Assembly: GCA_013151245.1 (NCBI GenBank)
Contig: JAADIR010000149.1
Coordinates: forward strand, 1-50,167
Source of the DNA: Chlorobiota bacterium
GTDB lineage: Bacteria; Bacteroidota; Ignavibacteria; Ignavibacteriales; Melioribacteraceae
DNA length: 50,167 nucleotides
Direction of reading: 5' to 3'
Positions within the stretch are counted from its first letter, which is position 1; every line of letters begins with the position of its first letter. The notes beneath the pieces were generated by a model, which was not told where the DNA came from, searched no databases, and saw only the letters and a list, made by a program, of their open reading frames with translations. Positions 38,627 to 46,985 of this stretch are shown in pieces. The position numbers and the translations under genes are program-made.

Positions 38627-39307
38627 TTATTTTTCTAAAATCTTAATTCCGCTTTCGGAAGCTACAATCACTTTGTGCGCAAGTCCGATGAAAAGTCCGT
38701 GTTCCACAATGCCGGCGCGGTTTTCAAGCGACCGGGCGAGTTCGTCGGGATTTTCAAGCGCTCCGAAATTTGCGTCGATAATCCAATTGTTTTCGTCCGT
38801 TACTACTATCCGACACTTTTCATCGGCGCGTAATTCCGTCTTTGCTCCAAGACTTTGTAAAAAGCGTTCTTCCACGGCTGAAGCAAATCTGATTACCTCT
38901 ATCGGCGCCGCCCATTTTTCTCCGAGCCGTTTTGAAATTTTCGATTCATCGACAATGATGATATTTATCTTTGACGCCTGAGCAAGAACCTTTTCCCGCA
39001 GCAGCGCGCCGCCGCCGCCTTTAATTAGATTGAGATTCTCGTCCACTTCGTCGGCGCCGTCAATCGTTAAATCAATTACGGGGTCTTTGTCGAAATTAGT
39101 AAGCGGAATTCCCGCTTGTTTAGCAAGCATCTCTGTTTGAACCGAACTCGGGATTCCTTTGATATTATTGAGCTTCCCGGCTTTAATCAACTCGCCGATT
39201 TTTTCTACGGCAAACGCGGCGGTAGAGCCGGTTCCCAATCCCACTACCATCCCCGATTCTATAAATTCAACCGCCTTCTCGGCTGCCGCTTTTTTGAGAT
39301 TCATCAT
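38627..39307 (-). CDS. rpiA: Ribose-5-phosphate isomerase A
   Basis: I chose ATG 39307 over the TTG at 39349. GLGTGSTA, DGADEVD and KGGGGALLREK motifs. Confidence 0.9.
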   Translation of the reverse strand: MMNLKKAAAEKAVEFIESGMVVGLGTGSTAAFAVEKIGELIKAGKLNNIKGIPSSVQTEMLAKQAGIPLTNFDKDPVIDLTIDGADEVDENLNLIKGGGGALLREKVLAQASKINIIIVDESKISKRLGEKWAAPIEVIRFASAVEERFLQSLGAKTELRADEKCRIVVTDENNWIIDANFGALENPDELARSLENRAGIVEHGLFIGLAHKVIVASESGIKILEK

Positions 39308-39480
39308 ATTTCCGTCTATTATATTTTTGGTATGCAAAAATAACAACAATTTCTTTGAAGTAAATGAAAAAAATCCGCTTGCGTTCCAATAAACTTTGTG
39401 TGAACCGGATTCAAAAGAAAAAGAAAGTATTGTAAATAATTGATAAAACTGTTCAAGTCTTTAAAATAACAACTCATATT

Positions 39481-39572
39481 CTTCGCGTTCTTTGCGATTT
39501 CCTTTGCGCCCTTTGCGTGGAACCGTTTCTCGCAAAGGACGCAAAGCATCCAAACGCAGAGAACCGCAAAGT
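39481..39572. repeat. CTTTGCG / CGCAAAG repeat cluster forming a long hairpin
   Basis: Three direct CTTTGCG are followed by three inverted CGCAAAG. Core stem CTTTGCGCCCTTTGCG (39502-39517) / CGCAAAGGACGCAAAG (39531-39546) is 16 bp with one mismatch and a 13-nt loop. It lies in the divergent promoter region between rpiA and the GroES-like gene. Confidence 0.55.
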
Positions 39573-39717
39573 TATAAACATTCTAAATTATTTTTATCAA
39601 CAAAAATAAATGCTGTCTCCATGAAACTTTATCTTCCCCGATTTGTAAACGACGCAGGAATGAAAGACTTTTAGTAGATTTGTTTTATTCATTTTGACAA
39701 AATAATTTAACTTAAGA

Positions 39718-40080
39718 ATGATTGAACTTGAAAAAATAATCGTTATCGGCGACAGAGTTTTGATCAAGCCGGAAGAAAACCTTGAGAAAACGTCGTCGGG
39801 GCTTTACCTTCCGCCGGGAGTCGATAAAAAGGAAAAAGTGCAGGGCGGCTATATTGTTAAGGTCGGACCGGGTTTCCCGATAGCGTCCCCAACCGACGAC
39901 GCCGAACCGTGGAAAGAAGAAGAACCGACTAAATACATTCCGCTGCAGGCGAAGGAGGGAGACTTCGCGCTTTTCTTGCGTAAGGACGCGATTGAAATTG
40001 AACTGCACGGCGATAAGTTGGTTATTGTTTCTCAAAACTCGCTGCTGCTTTTGATAAGAGACGAAGATTTGTTCAGTTGA
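39718..40080 (+). CDS. GroES/Cpn10-family co-chaperonin paralogue with insertion
   Basis: 120 aa. GDRVLIKPEE...SGLYLP........QGGYIVKVGPG...EGDFALF......IE..GDKLVIVSQNSLLLLI follows the GroES fold pattern. A ~25-aa insert (FPIASPTDDAEPWKEEEPTKYIPL) is present. No groEL gene is adjacent. Confidence 0.7.
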   Translation: MIELEKIIVIGDRVLIKPEENLEKTSSGLYLPPGVDKKEKVQGGYIVKVGPGFPIASPTDDAEPWKEEEPTKYIPLQAKEGDFALFLRKDAIEIELHGDKLVIVSQNSLLLLIRDEDLFS

Positions 40081-40094
40081 AAGAAAGGAAAAGA

Positions 40095-41702
40095 ATGGAA
40101 GAACGCGCAATAAAATTGATAGACGAAGTAGTTAACGAATTAAAAGATTTATCTCGCGAGGCGAGTCTCGCTTATTTTAACGCGTCGATTTCGGGCGACG
40201 GAAAAGATTATCAGCGCGCTTCCGAATTGCAATTGCAAGTAGAGAAAATTTTTACCGACAGAGAAAAATTTAAAGTTCTTTCCGAATTGAAAAACTCGGA
40301 AGAAATTTCGGACGAAGTAATCAAAAGACAAATTGAAATTCTCTACAATTCATTCGCCGAAAAACAGATTGACGACGAATTGCTTACTGAAATCATCAAC
40401 CGCTCGACGGAGATTGAAAAGAAGTTCGCCGTTTACCGCGCGAAGGTTGACGGAGAAGAGCTTACGGACAACCAAATTGACGAGATACTTAAAACTTCAA
40501 CCGACAACGAAAAGCTGCGTAAAACTTGGGAAGCGAGCAAGCGAATAGGCGAAGAAATTGCCGGCGACGTTTTGGAGCTTGTAAAACTGCGGAACAAATC
40601 TGCAAAGGATTTGGGCTTTGATAATTATCATGAAATGAGTTTGAAATTAAGCGAGCAAGACCCCGAAGAACTCGACAGACTTTTCGACGAACTGGACAAT
40701 TTAACTGCCAACGCTTTTGCGCAGCGGAAGAATGAAATTGACGAATTCCTTTCAAAGCGTTACGGAGTTAATAAATCGGAACTAATGCCGCAGCATTATC
40801 AAGATAAGTTTTTCCAGCAAGGTCCGAAAATTTACGACGTTGATTTGGACTCTCTCTTTGCCGATAAAAATCTTGAAAGGCTGACGAGAAAGTATTACAA
40901 CAGTATCGGTTTGGATATTTCAGATTTGTTGGAGAAAAGCGACCTTTACGAAAAGGAAGGGAAATATCAGCACGCTTATTGCACGGCAATAGACAGAGAC
41001 GGCGACGTGCGGGTGCTCTGCAACATCAAGCCGAACCAACAATGGATGAGCACAATGCTGCACGAATTCGGACACGCGGCTTACGATAAATACGTATCGC
41101 CCAAACTCCCGTGGCTGCTGCGTTCCCACGCGCACATCTTCGCAACCGAAGCGATAGCGATGCTTTTCGGAAGGATGACGTTAAACGCTAATTGGCTTTA
41201 CGAAATGGGATTGATCGATGAATCGAAAATTGCGGAATTGCGCGCGCCGCTTGAAAAATCGCTCCAAACCGAGCAGCTTGTCTTTTCGCGCTGGGTGCAG
41301 ACGGTTTACCGTTTCGAGCGGGAAATGTATCGCAATCCCGATCAAGATTTGAATACGCTCTGGCAGCATTTGGTTGAAAAATATCAAGGATTAAAAAAGC
41401 CGGAAGGAAGAAATAAACCGGATTGGGCTGCTAAAATTCACATCGCGCTTTATCCGGCGTATTATCACAACTACATTCTCGGAGAGCTTCTCGCTTCGCA
41501 GCTTTATTTTTACATCAAGGATAAAGTTTTGAAAACGGAAAAAGATTCTCCCGGATTTGTAGGCGAAAAAGACGCGGGCGAATATCTGAAAAACCTTTTC
41601 CTTTCTTACGGAGCGGTCTTCAAGTGGGATAAGCTGATCAAAAACGCAACCGGCGAAGAACTGACTCCGGTTTATTACGCAAAACAATTCGTGGGCGAAT
41701 AA
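40095..41702 (+). CDS. M2-family (angiotensin-converting-enzyme-like) zinc metallopeptidase
   Basis: HEFGHAAYDKYVSPKLPWLLRSHAHIFATEAIAMLFG aligns with my recollection of the ACE zinc site HEMGH-x23-EAIGD (HEXXH...E gluzincin). The start is ATG 40095, or TTG 40077 overlapping the upstream stop by 4 nt. Confidence 0.7.
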   Translation: MEERAIKLIDEVVNELKDLSREASLAYFNASISGDGKDYQRASELQLQVEKIFTDREKFKVLSELKNSEEISDEVIKRQIEILYNSFAEKQIDDELLTEIINRSTEIEKKFAVYRAKVDGEELTDNQIDEILKTSTDNEKLRKTWEASKRIGEEIAGDVLELVKLRNKSAKDLGFDNYHEMSLKLSEQDPEELDRLFDELDNLTANAFAQRKNEIDEFLSKRYGVNKSELMPQHYQDKFFQQGPKIYDVDLDSLFADKNLERLTRKYYNSIGLDISDLLEKSDLYEKEGKYQHAYCTAIDRDGDVRVLCNIKPNQQWMSTMLHEFGHAAYDKYVSPKLPWLLRSHAHIFATEAIAMLFGRMTLNANWLYEMGLIDESKIAELRAPLEKSLQTEQLVFSRWVQTVYRFEREMYRNPDQDLNTLWQHLVEKYQGLKKPEGRNKPDWAAKIHIALYPAYYHNYILGELLASQLYFYIKDKVLKTEKDSPGFVGEKDAGEYLKNLFLSYGAVFKWDKLIKNATGEELTPVYYAKQFVGE

Positions 41703-41706
41703 AGTC

Positions 41707-42378
41707 GTGTTTTCTTCAAACAAAAAAGAAACCGAAAGCGATGAGAAGAAAAAATTCCGCAAAGCTCTTACGCCCGTTTTAATTTTTCTTGCGCTGATTT
41801 GGGCGATCAAAATATTTGAAGTCGCGTTCGATTTTAAACTCGTTTTTCTCGGACTTTATCCGCACAAAACCTCCGGCTTAATCGGGATATTCACCGCGCC
41901 CTTAATCCACGGGGGTTTTAATCATCTTTTTTCCAATTCGCTGCCGATATTGATCCTCGGAACGACGATTTTATATTTTTATCCCAAATCGGCAAAAGCC
42001 GTAATTGCGGGAGTTTATTTGCTGCCGGGAATTTTCGTATGGTTTTTCGGACGCGAATCGTATCACATCGGCGCGAGCGGAATGATTTACGGATTCGTTA
42101 CTTTTCTGTTTTTCAGCGGCGTGATTAAAAGGGACAGGCGTTCAATAGCCATTTCGCTTATAGTTACGTTTCTTTACGGCGGTTTGATTTGGGGCGTTCT
42201 GCCCGTTAAAGAAGGGATATCGTGGGAATATCATCTGTTCGGCGCGATATGGGGAATTATCTTCGCCATTGTTTACAGAAAGAAAGACAAATTCAAACAA
42301 TACGATTGGGAGGACGAAGAAGACGACGTTCCGCCGGACGAGTTGGAAATTTCTTACGATAAAGAGGATCCGTTTTAA
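41707..42378 (+). CDS. Rhomboid-family intramembrane serine protease
   Basis: 223 aa with a GTG start. It is multi-TM, with HGGFNHLFSN, catalytic GASGMIYG (GxSG) and HLFGAIWG (His). The C-terminal tail is acidic. Confidence 0.85.
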   Translation: MFSSNKKETESDEKKKFRKALTPVLIFLALIWAIKIFEVAFDFKLVFLGLYPHKTSGLIGIFTAPLIHGGFNHLFSNSLPILILGTTILYFYPKSAKAVIAGVYLLPGIFVWFFGRESYHIGASGMIYGFVTFLFFSGVIKRDRRSIAISLIVTFLYGGLIWGVLPVKEGISWEYHLFGAIWGIIFAIVYRKKDKFKQYDWEDEEDDVPPDELEISYDKEDPF

Positions 42379-42386
42379 CAAAAGAA

Positions 42387-43247
42387 TTAAATAGCTAAAT
42401 CAAATGGTAAATCGCTAATATCTCTTAGTCTTCTTCCCTCAAGCAAAATATTCAACATATCTAACTGGCTTTCATCATTTATCTCATGTAGAGTATCAAT
42501 CATCTCATGCAATGCAAAATGGTAAACACAGTCAATATCTCCGGTTCCCAAAGCAAGACTAGCAATTCTTGTTGGCGTGGGTTCTGCTGTTACTGCAACA
42601 ATATGAGGCAGATGTCCTTTTCTATTCCTTATAAGATTAAGAGCTTCTGTGCGGGCATTTTGTCCTCTGTCGCTTCTTAAAGTCCATTTGCATGAGATGC
42701 TTGCGTGAAGTATTGAAATTGACGAAGGTATATTGTCTTCTCTCAACGGTGTAAATTTTACAAATGGATTATTATCATCAATAATTTTTTTTATTCGATT
42801 TATCTCGATGTCTGAAATAGGTTTTCTACCAATGACTATATCAGGACTTATTAGATAATCTTGTCCTAAAGATGAGGCTAACTCTTTATTGTTTTTAATA
42901 ATTTCATCAATACTGGCAAGATCACGATATTGGTCAAATTCGGAAATACTTCTATTTAATGAATAGCTCCAATTACCTGGTCTAATATGTTGTAATAAAT
43001 CAAATGATTTTTCCAAAAATTCTTTTGTAAGTTGTTCGAAAACACTTCCGGCTTTTTGTCCTGAAATATTGCCGTAAATAAATTTTGTTGACAACCTATT
43101 TAAAATACCCCAAGCAATTTTTACACTTATTTTGCTATTTCCGTCTGCGTTATTTGGGTAGTCATTTTTCGATGAATTTTTCCGGATAACTAATAAATTG
43201 TCGCAAATGTTTTTATGATATTCTTTTCTAAGTTTTTGAATGTCCAT
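42387..43247 (-). CDS. Type II restriction endonuclease, NgoMIV-like (CCGG-family fold)
   Basis: 286 aa. ...LQHIRPGNW..., SPDIV (D136), HASISCKWTLRSDRGQNARTEALNL (S185-x-K187...E201), PHIVAVTAEPTP, GTGDIDCVYHFAL, RLRDISDLPFDLAI. From memory these match NgoMIV, which is also 286 aa with active-site residues D140/K187/E201. It is directly downstream of a DNA methyltransferase gene. Confidence 0.7.
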   Translation of the reverse strand: MDIQKLRKEYHKNICDNLLVIRKNSSKNDYPNNADGNSKISVKIAWGILNRLSTKFIYGNISGQKAGSVFEQLTKEFLEKSFDLLQHIRPGNWSYSLNRSISEFDQYRDLASIDEIIKNNKELASSLGQDYLISPDIVIGRKPISDIEINRIKKIIDDNNPFVKFTPLREDNIPSSISILHASISCKWTLRSDRGQNARTEALNLIRNRKGHLPHIVAVTAEPTPTRIASLALGTGDIDCVYHFALHEMIDTLHEINDESQLDMLNILLEGRRLRDISDLPFDLAI

Positions 43248-43256
43248 TTTATATCA

Positions 43257-44651
43257 CTAATGTTTATAAAAACCAATTACATATTCTTCGTTCATACGCT
43301 GTAAGATTTGAGAAGAATTATTTTTTTGTAAAACTGCTGGCATCATTCTTCTGTTCCTATCAAGTTTTCGAATTGCAATTCCTGGTATTTGGAATCCTAT
43401 TTCTTCGCCGATTTCTTTTAAGCAAAGATGAGTTTCTGATTTGACACCACTTAATGTTGAATTGCCAACAACAACAATTGCCGCTTTATTTGGTTTTAAT
43501 ACTCGTAAAAATTCTTTCAAAACACGTTTCATCTCGGAATAATAACGGTGTAATACTAAAGATTTTTTAGGATTTTTTTCGTACAAATTCTGGATGATAT
43601 CTTCAGTAAAAGGAGGCATTTTCTCAAATAGGAAATTTGAAGTAGAATCACTCCCAATATATTTAGCTCTTTGATCTTTTAAATTGTCAACAGTATAATC
43701 AAACCATAATAATGAAAACTTATGAGCTCGCATATAATCAATAGCATTTGAAGCATAAGGAGGTGATGTAACAATTAAATCTATTACATTTTCAGATAAT
43801 GGTAAATTTTGTGAGTCTGCATATTCTATTCTTGGCTTATTCTTCATATTTTCAGTAAAAATTAATTGGATGTTTTGAAAGAATTTTTTTCTGAACTCGT
43901 TTAATGGAGATTTAATTTTTTTTGATAAAATATGATGACGAGGATTTTCTTTATATTTCCCAAAATCAAAAACTAAGTCAGAATTAAAATCAAAAACTTT
44001 TTTAGCTCGGTGTGGTCTAGTGTGAGCTAAATCTAAAGCAAGAGAAACACCACCGGATTTAGTAATAATAATTGACGAAAAAATCACTTTAAAAAACCTT
44101 CGAATTTTCTCATTTTTGATTGTCAATATTGATTTCGATAAAGCAAACAATTCTTTAGTTGTGCTTTCTAAAAACCAATACTTAATAAAATCTTCTGTTT
44201 TTGTATCTAATTTATAAAACAACTCTTTATATAAATCTTGTCCTTTCATCAATAAACTTGTGGATTTACTAATAATCTCATTAAAAGAATCCACTAATTC
44301 TTTTTTGGAATAATTTGATGTCTTTACTTCCATTATCATTAAGGAAAGAGGATCAATATCAAAACCAATTGCGGTTCTATTATTTATCATTGCTTCTAAA
44401 ACGGTAGTGCCGGAACCTGCCATTGGATCTAAAACAACTTCATTGATTTCAGTTAATTCCTCAATAAACTTTTTCGGAAGCTGAGGAGGAAATTTAGCTG
44501 GGAAGGAATGAAAATTATGAGCTCCATAATTACTACTAAAATTATGGAAATCAAGTTCAGATTCTAATAGCTTTTTTAACTTTTTTAAATAATTCCCACT
44601 TAAATTACTAGTTTCATTATATTTATTGTCTTTTATAGCGGATAGTGTCAT
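43257..44651 (-). CDS. DNA amino-methyltransferase (N4-cytosine/N6-adenine type), AdoMet motif N-terminal to the SPPY catalytic motif
   Basis: HSFPAKFPPQLP...VLDPMAGSGTTVLEA (AdoMet motif I region) sits at ~aa 55-95. A ~200-aa variable region follows, then LIVTSPPYASNAIDY (motif IV, SPPY). I chose ATG 44651 over the TTG at 44672. Confidence 0.85.
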   Translation of the reverse strand: MTLSAIKDNKYNETSNLSGNYLKKLKKLLESELDFHNFSSNYGAHNFHSFPAKFPPQLPKKFIEELTEINEVVLDPMAGSGTTVLEAMINNRTAIGFDIDPLSLMIMEVKTSNYSKKELVDSFNEIISKSTSLLMKGQDLYKELFYKLDTKTEDFIKYWFLESTTKELFALSKSILTIKNEKIRRFFKVIFSSIIITKSGGVSLALDLAHTRPHRAKKVFDFNSDLVFDFGKYKENPRHHILSKKIKSPLNEFRKKFFQNIQLIFTENMKNKPRIEYADSQNLPLSENVIDLIVTSPPYASNAIDYMRAHKFSLLWFDYTVDNLKDQRAKYIGSDSTSNFLFEKMPPFTEDIIQNLYEKNPKKSLVLHRYYSEMKRVLKEFLRVLKPNKAAIVVVGNSTLSGVKSETHLCLKEIGEEIGFQIPGIAIRKLDRNRRMMPAVLQKNNSSQILQRMNEEYVIGFYKH

Positions 44652-44862
44652 TTGTTTACTCAAGTTTCGCAAAATAATTTTTATGATTCAAATATAATAC
44701 AATGTAATATTTTTATTCAACTAAACATGAAATTAAACTTTTATTTAGCTTTTATCCTCTTTTGATATTTAGAATTTAATTCTTAAAATGGTATTTTAAA
44801 ATGGGCGAGTTACAAAACAAAAGTCGATTAGATAAATGCACAGAAAAATTTACGGTTAGCCA

Positions 44863-46452
44863 ATGTTTTCCAATAATTTAAATCTCGAAGAAATCAGATC
44901 GTTGGCAAAAGACGACAAATCTTTTCAGAAGTTAGTAGGTCTTTTCAATAGGACATGCGAAACCGAACTTGCGTATGAGCGGAAGCTTTTTTCAATCATT
45001 AAAGAGGGATTGCCTAATTCGTTTTGGTATCTCAAAGACGCGATGACCGAGGAAATTATTTTTTATTCGGACTCGGTGGAATCGATTACCGGTTATTCTT
45101 TTGACGAACTGATTTTGATGAACGGCGGCGTCCTTTCGCTTGTTGACGACGACGACCTTCCAAAGATAAAAGAAGCTATGCACAAACTTCGTTCTGATGA
45201 TAACAGCGCGTATGTTTCATTCAAATATAAAAGCAAAACGAAAGAGGACAAAGAGAAAATTCTGCGCACAACAATAGCCGTTATGCGGAATAAAAATAAC
45301 GAGCCGGTTTATTTCAAAGCGCTTACATTTGACGTGACCGATATTGAAATCGGCGTCGAGGATTTGCAACGCGAAATTGAGAAACTTCAACATACAAACG
45401 AGGCGAAAGACAAATTTATTTCGATTGTATCTCACGATCTGCGAACGCCGTTTACAAGTCTTCTGGGATTTTCAGAAATCCTTCTCAACGATCAGGAGCT
45501 TACCGAATACGAAAGACGCGAATATCTTGAGTATATTTACGACGCATCGAAAACGCAGCTTCAAATGGTAAATTATCTTTTAGATTGGGCAAAGCTTCAA
45601 ACAGGAAAAATTACAATTGCGCCGAAAAGAGTTAATTTAAAAACAATCGTAACAAATTGCATCTCGGTGCTTACCGGTTCGACAATAAGAAAAGGATTGG
45701 AAATTAAGTCGGACGTCTCCGGGAGCTTTTTTATCAACGCCGACGAGCGTTTGATTACGCAGGCGATCACAAACCTTTTAAGCAACGCGGTTAAATTCAC
45801 TCCTTCGGGAAAAAAGATTTACGTTTCTGCGAACACTTTCAAAAAGGGAATGATTGAGCTTGTAGTGCGCGACGAAGGAATCGGCATTTCCGAAGATAAC
45901 CACGCAAAGCTTTTCAAGATTGACGAAAAACTTTCCTTAACCGGCACCGACGGAGAAAAAGGAAGCGGGCTCGGATTGACGCTTGTTAAAGAAATCGTAG
46001 AAAAACATCACGGAGATATTTGGTTCTACTCAAAACTGAATGAGGGAACGGAGTTTCACATCACTCTTCCGGGCGCAAAGAATTTAATTTTAATCGTTGA
46101 AGACGAAGAAACAATACGCGAGCTTTATTCTATGGCAATAAAAAAAGCGCTTCCGAATTATGAAATATTAATTGCTGGAAACGGTTACGAGGCAATAGGC
46201 ATAGCGATGGAAAAACTTCCGGCTGTTATCGTAACGGATCATAATATGCCGCTGATGAACGGCATTCAACTCATCGAAGCGCTTAGCCGGAAATATGATA
46301 GTATGATTCCGGTCGTTGTTATCTCGTCGTTTATAGATAGAGAATTGACCGGGAGATACAATGAACTCGGCGTAACTAAGATGTTGGAAAAACCGGTCGA
46401 TTACAACATGCTCGCCGAAATTGTTAAAGAACTAATTCAAAAAGAAAATTAG
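44863..46452 (+). CDS. Hybrid sensor histidine kinase / response regulator (PAS-HisKA-HATPase-REC)
   Basis: 529 aa. H-box FISIVSHDLRTPFTS. LLSNAVKFT, RDEGIGIS, GSGLGLTL. The C-terminal receiver is LILIVEDEETIREL...VIVTDHNMPLMNG...K. Confidence 0.9.
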   Translation: MFSNNLNLEEIRSLAKDDKSFQKLVGLFNRTCETELAYERKLFSIIKEGLPNSFWYLKDAMTEEIIFYSDSVESITGYSFDELILMNGGVLSLVDDDDLPKIKEAMHKLRSDDNSAYVSFKYKSKTKEDKEKILRTTIAVMRNKNNEPVYFKALTFDVTDIEIGVEDLQREIEKLQHTNEAKDKFISIVSHDLRTPFTSLLGFSEILLNDQELTEYERREYLEYIYDASKTQLQMVNYLLDWAKLQTGKITIAPKRVNLKTIVTNCISVLTGSTIRKGLEIKSDVSGSFFINADERLITQAITNLLSNAVKFTPSGKKIYVSANTFKKGMIELVVRDEGIGISEDNHAKLFKIDEKLSLTGTDGEKGSGLGLTLVKEIVEKHHGDIWFYSKLNEGTEFHITLPGAKNLILIVEDEETIRELYSMAIKKALPNYEILIAGNGYEAIGIAMEKLPAVIVTDHNMPLMNGIQLIEALSRKYDSMIPVVVISSFIDRELTGRYNELGVTKMLEKPVDYNMLAEIVKELIQKEN

Positions 46453-46457
46453 AGTAA

Positions 46458-46985
46458 ATGGATAGACAAAAAAAATATTGGTACGCTCTTTACACAAAAC
46501 CGCGCCACGAGTTTAAGGCGAGGAAAGACCTTCAAGCGGCGGGACTTGAGTATTACATGCCGACGGTTACTACGTTGAAGCAATGGAGCGACAGAAAGAA
46601 GAAAGTAACCGAACCGCTTTTCCGCGGATATGTTTTTTTATACGGCGACGAAGCGGAGCGATACGCCGCGCTGCAATCGCCCGCTATTCTTAGCACGGTA
46701 AATTGGAACGGCGTTCCGGCAAAAATTCCCGATTGGGAAATAGAAAATTTAAGAATATTTCTTAGTGAAAAACATGAAGTGTTTGTCGGCGATAAAATAG
46801 AAAAAGGAACGAAAGTAAAAATTGCCGAAGGTCCTTTTTCCGGCGTTGAAGGAATTGTGTTTGATAACTCTCGGAACGAACGAATGCTTGCTATTTCGAT
46901 AGATTTCTTGAATCGGTCCGTGCTGGTTCGTCTTCCGGCGCAAAGCGTAGTGAAAACAAAGGAAAAGGAAACAGCCGATGCTTAA
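46458..46985 (+). CDS. UpxY-type NusG-family transcription antiterminator
   Basis: 175 aa. WYALYTKPRHEFKARKDLQAAGLEYYMPTVTTLKQWSDRKKKVTEPLFRGYVFLY (NGN domain, UpxY-like), then a KOW-like segment GTKVKIAEGPFSGVEGIVF. Confidence 0.8.
   Translation: MDRQKKYWYALYTKPRHEFKARKDLQAAGLEYYMPTVTTLKQWSDRKKKVTEPLFRGYVFLYGDEAERYAALQSPAILSTVNWNGVPAKIPDWEIENLRIFLSEKHEVFVGDKIEKGTKVKIAEGPFSGVEGIVFDNSRNERMLAISIDFLNRSVLVRLPAQSVVKTKEKETADA

Noticed and set aside
39319-39549. 76-aa minus-strand ORF containing HAKGAKEIAKNAKN
   Set aside because: This is a translation artefact of the CTTTGCG/CGCAAAG repeat array, not a gene.
42382-44784. 11-nt inverted repeat AAGAATTAAAT / ATTTAATTCTT flanking the R-M genes, as island boundaries
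   Set aside because: It is short and entirely AT-rich in AT-rich DNA, and the right copy is part of a local near-palindrome. It is too likely to be chance to call as terminal repeats or att sites.
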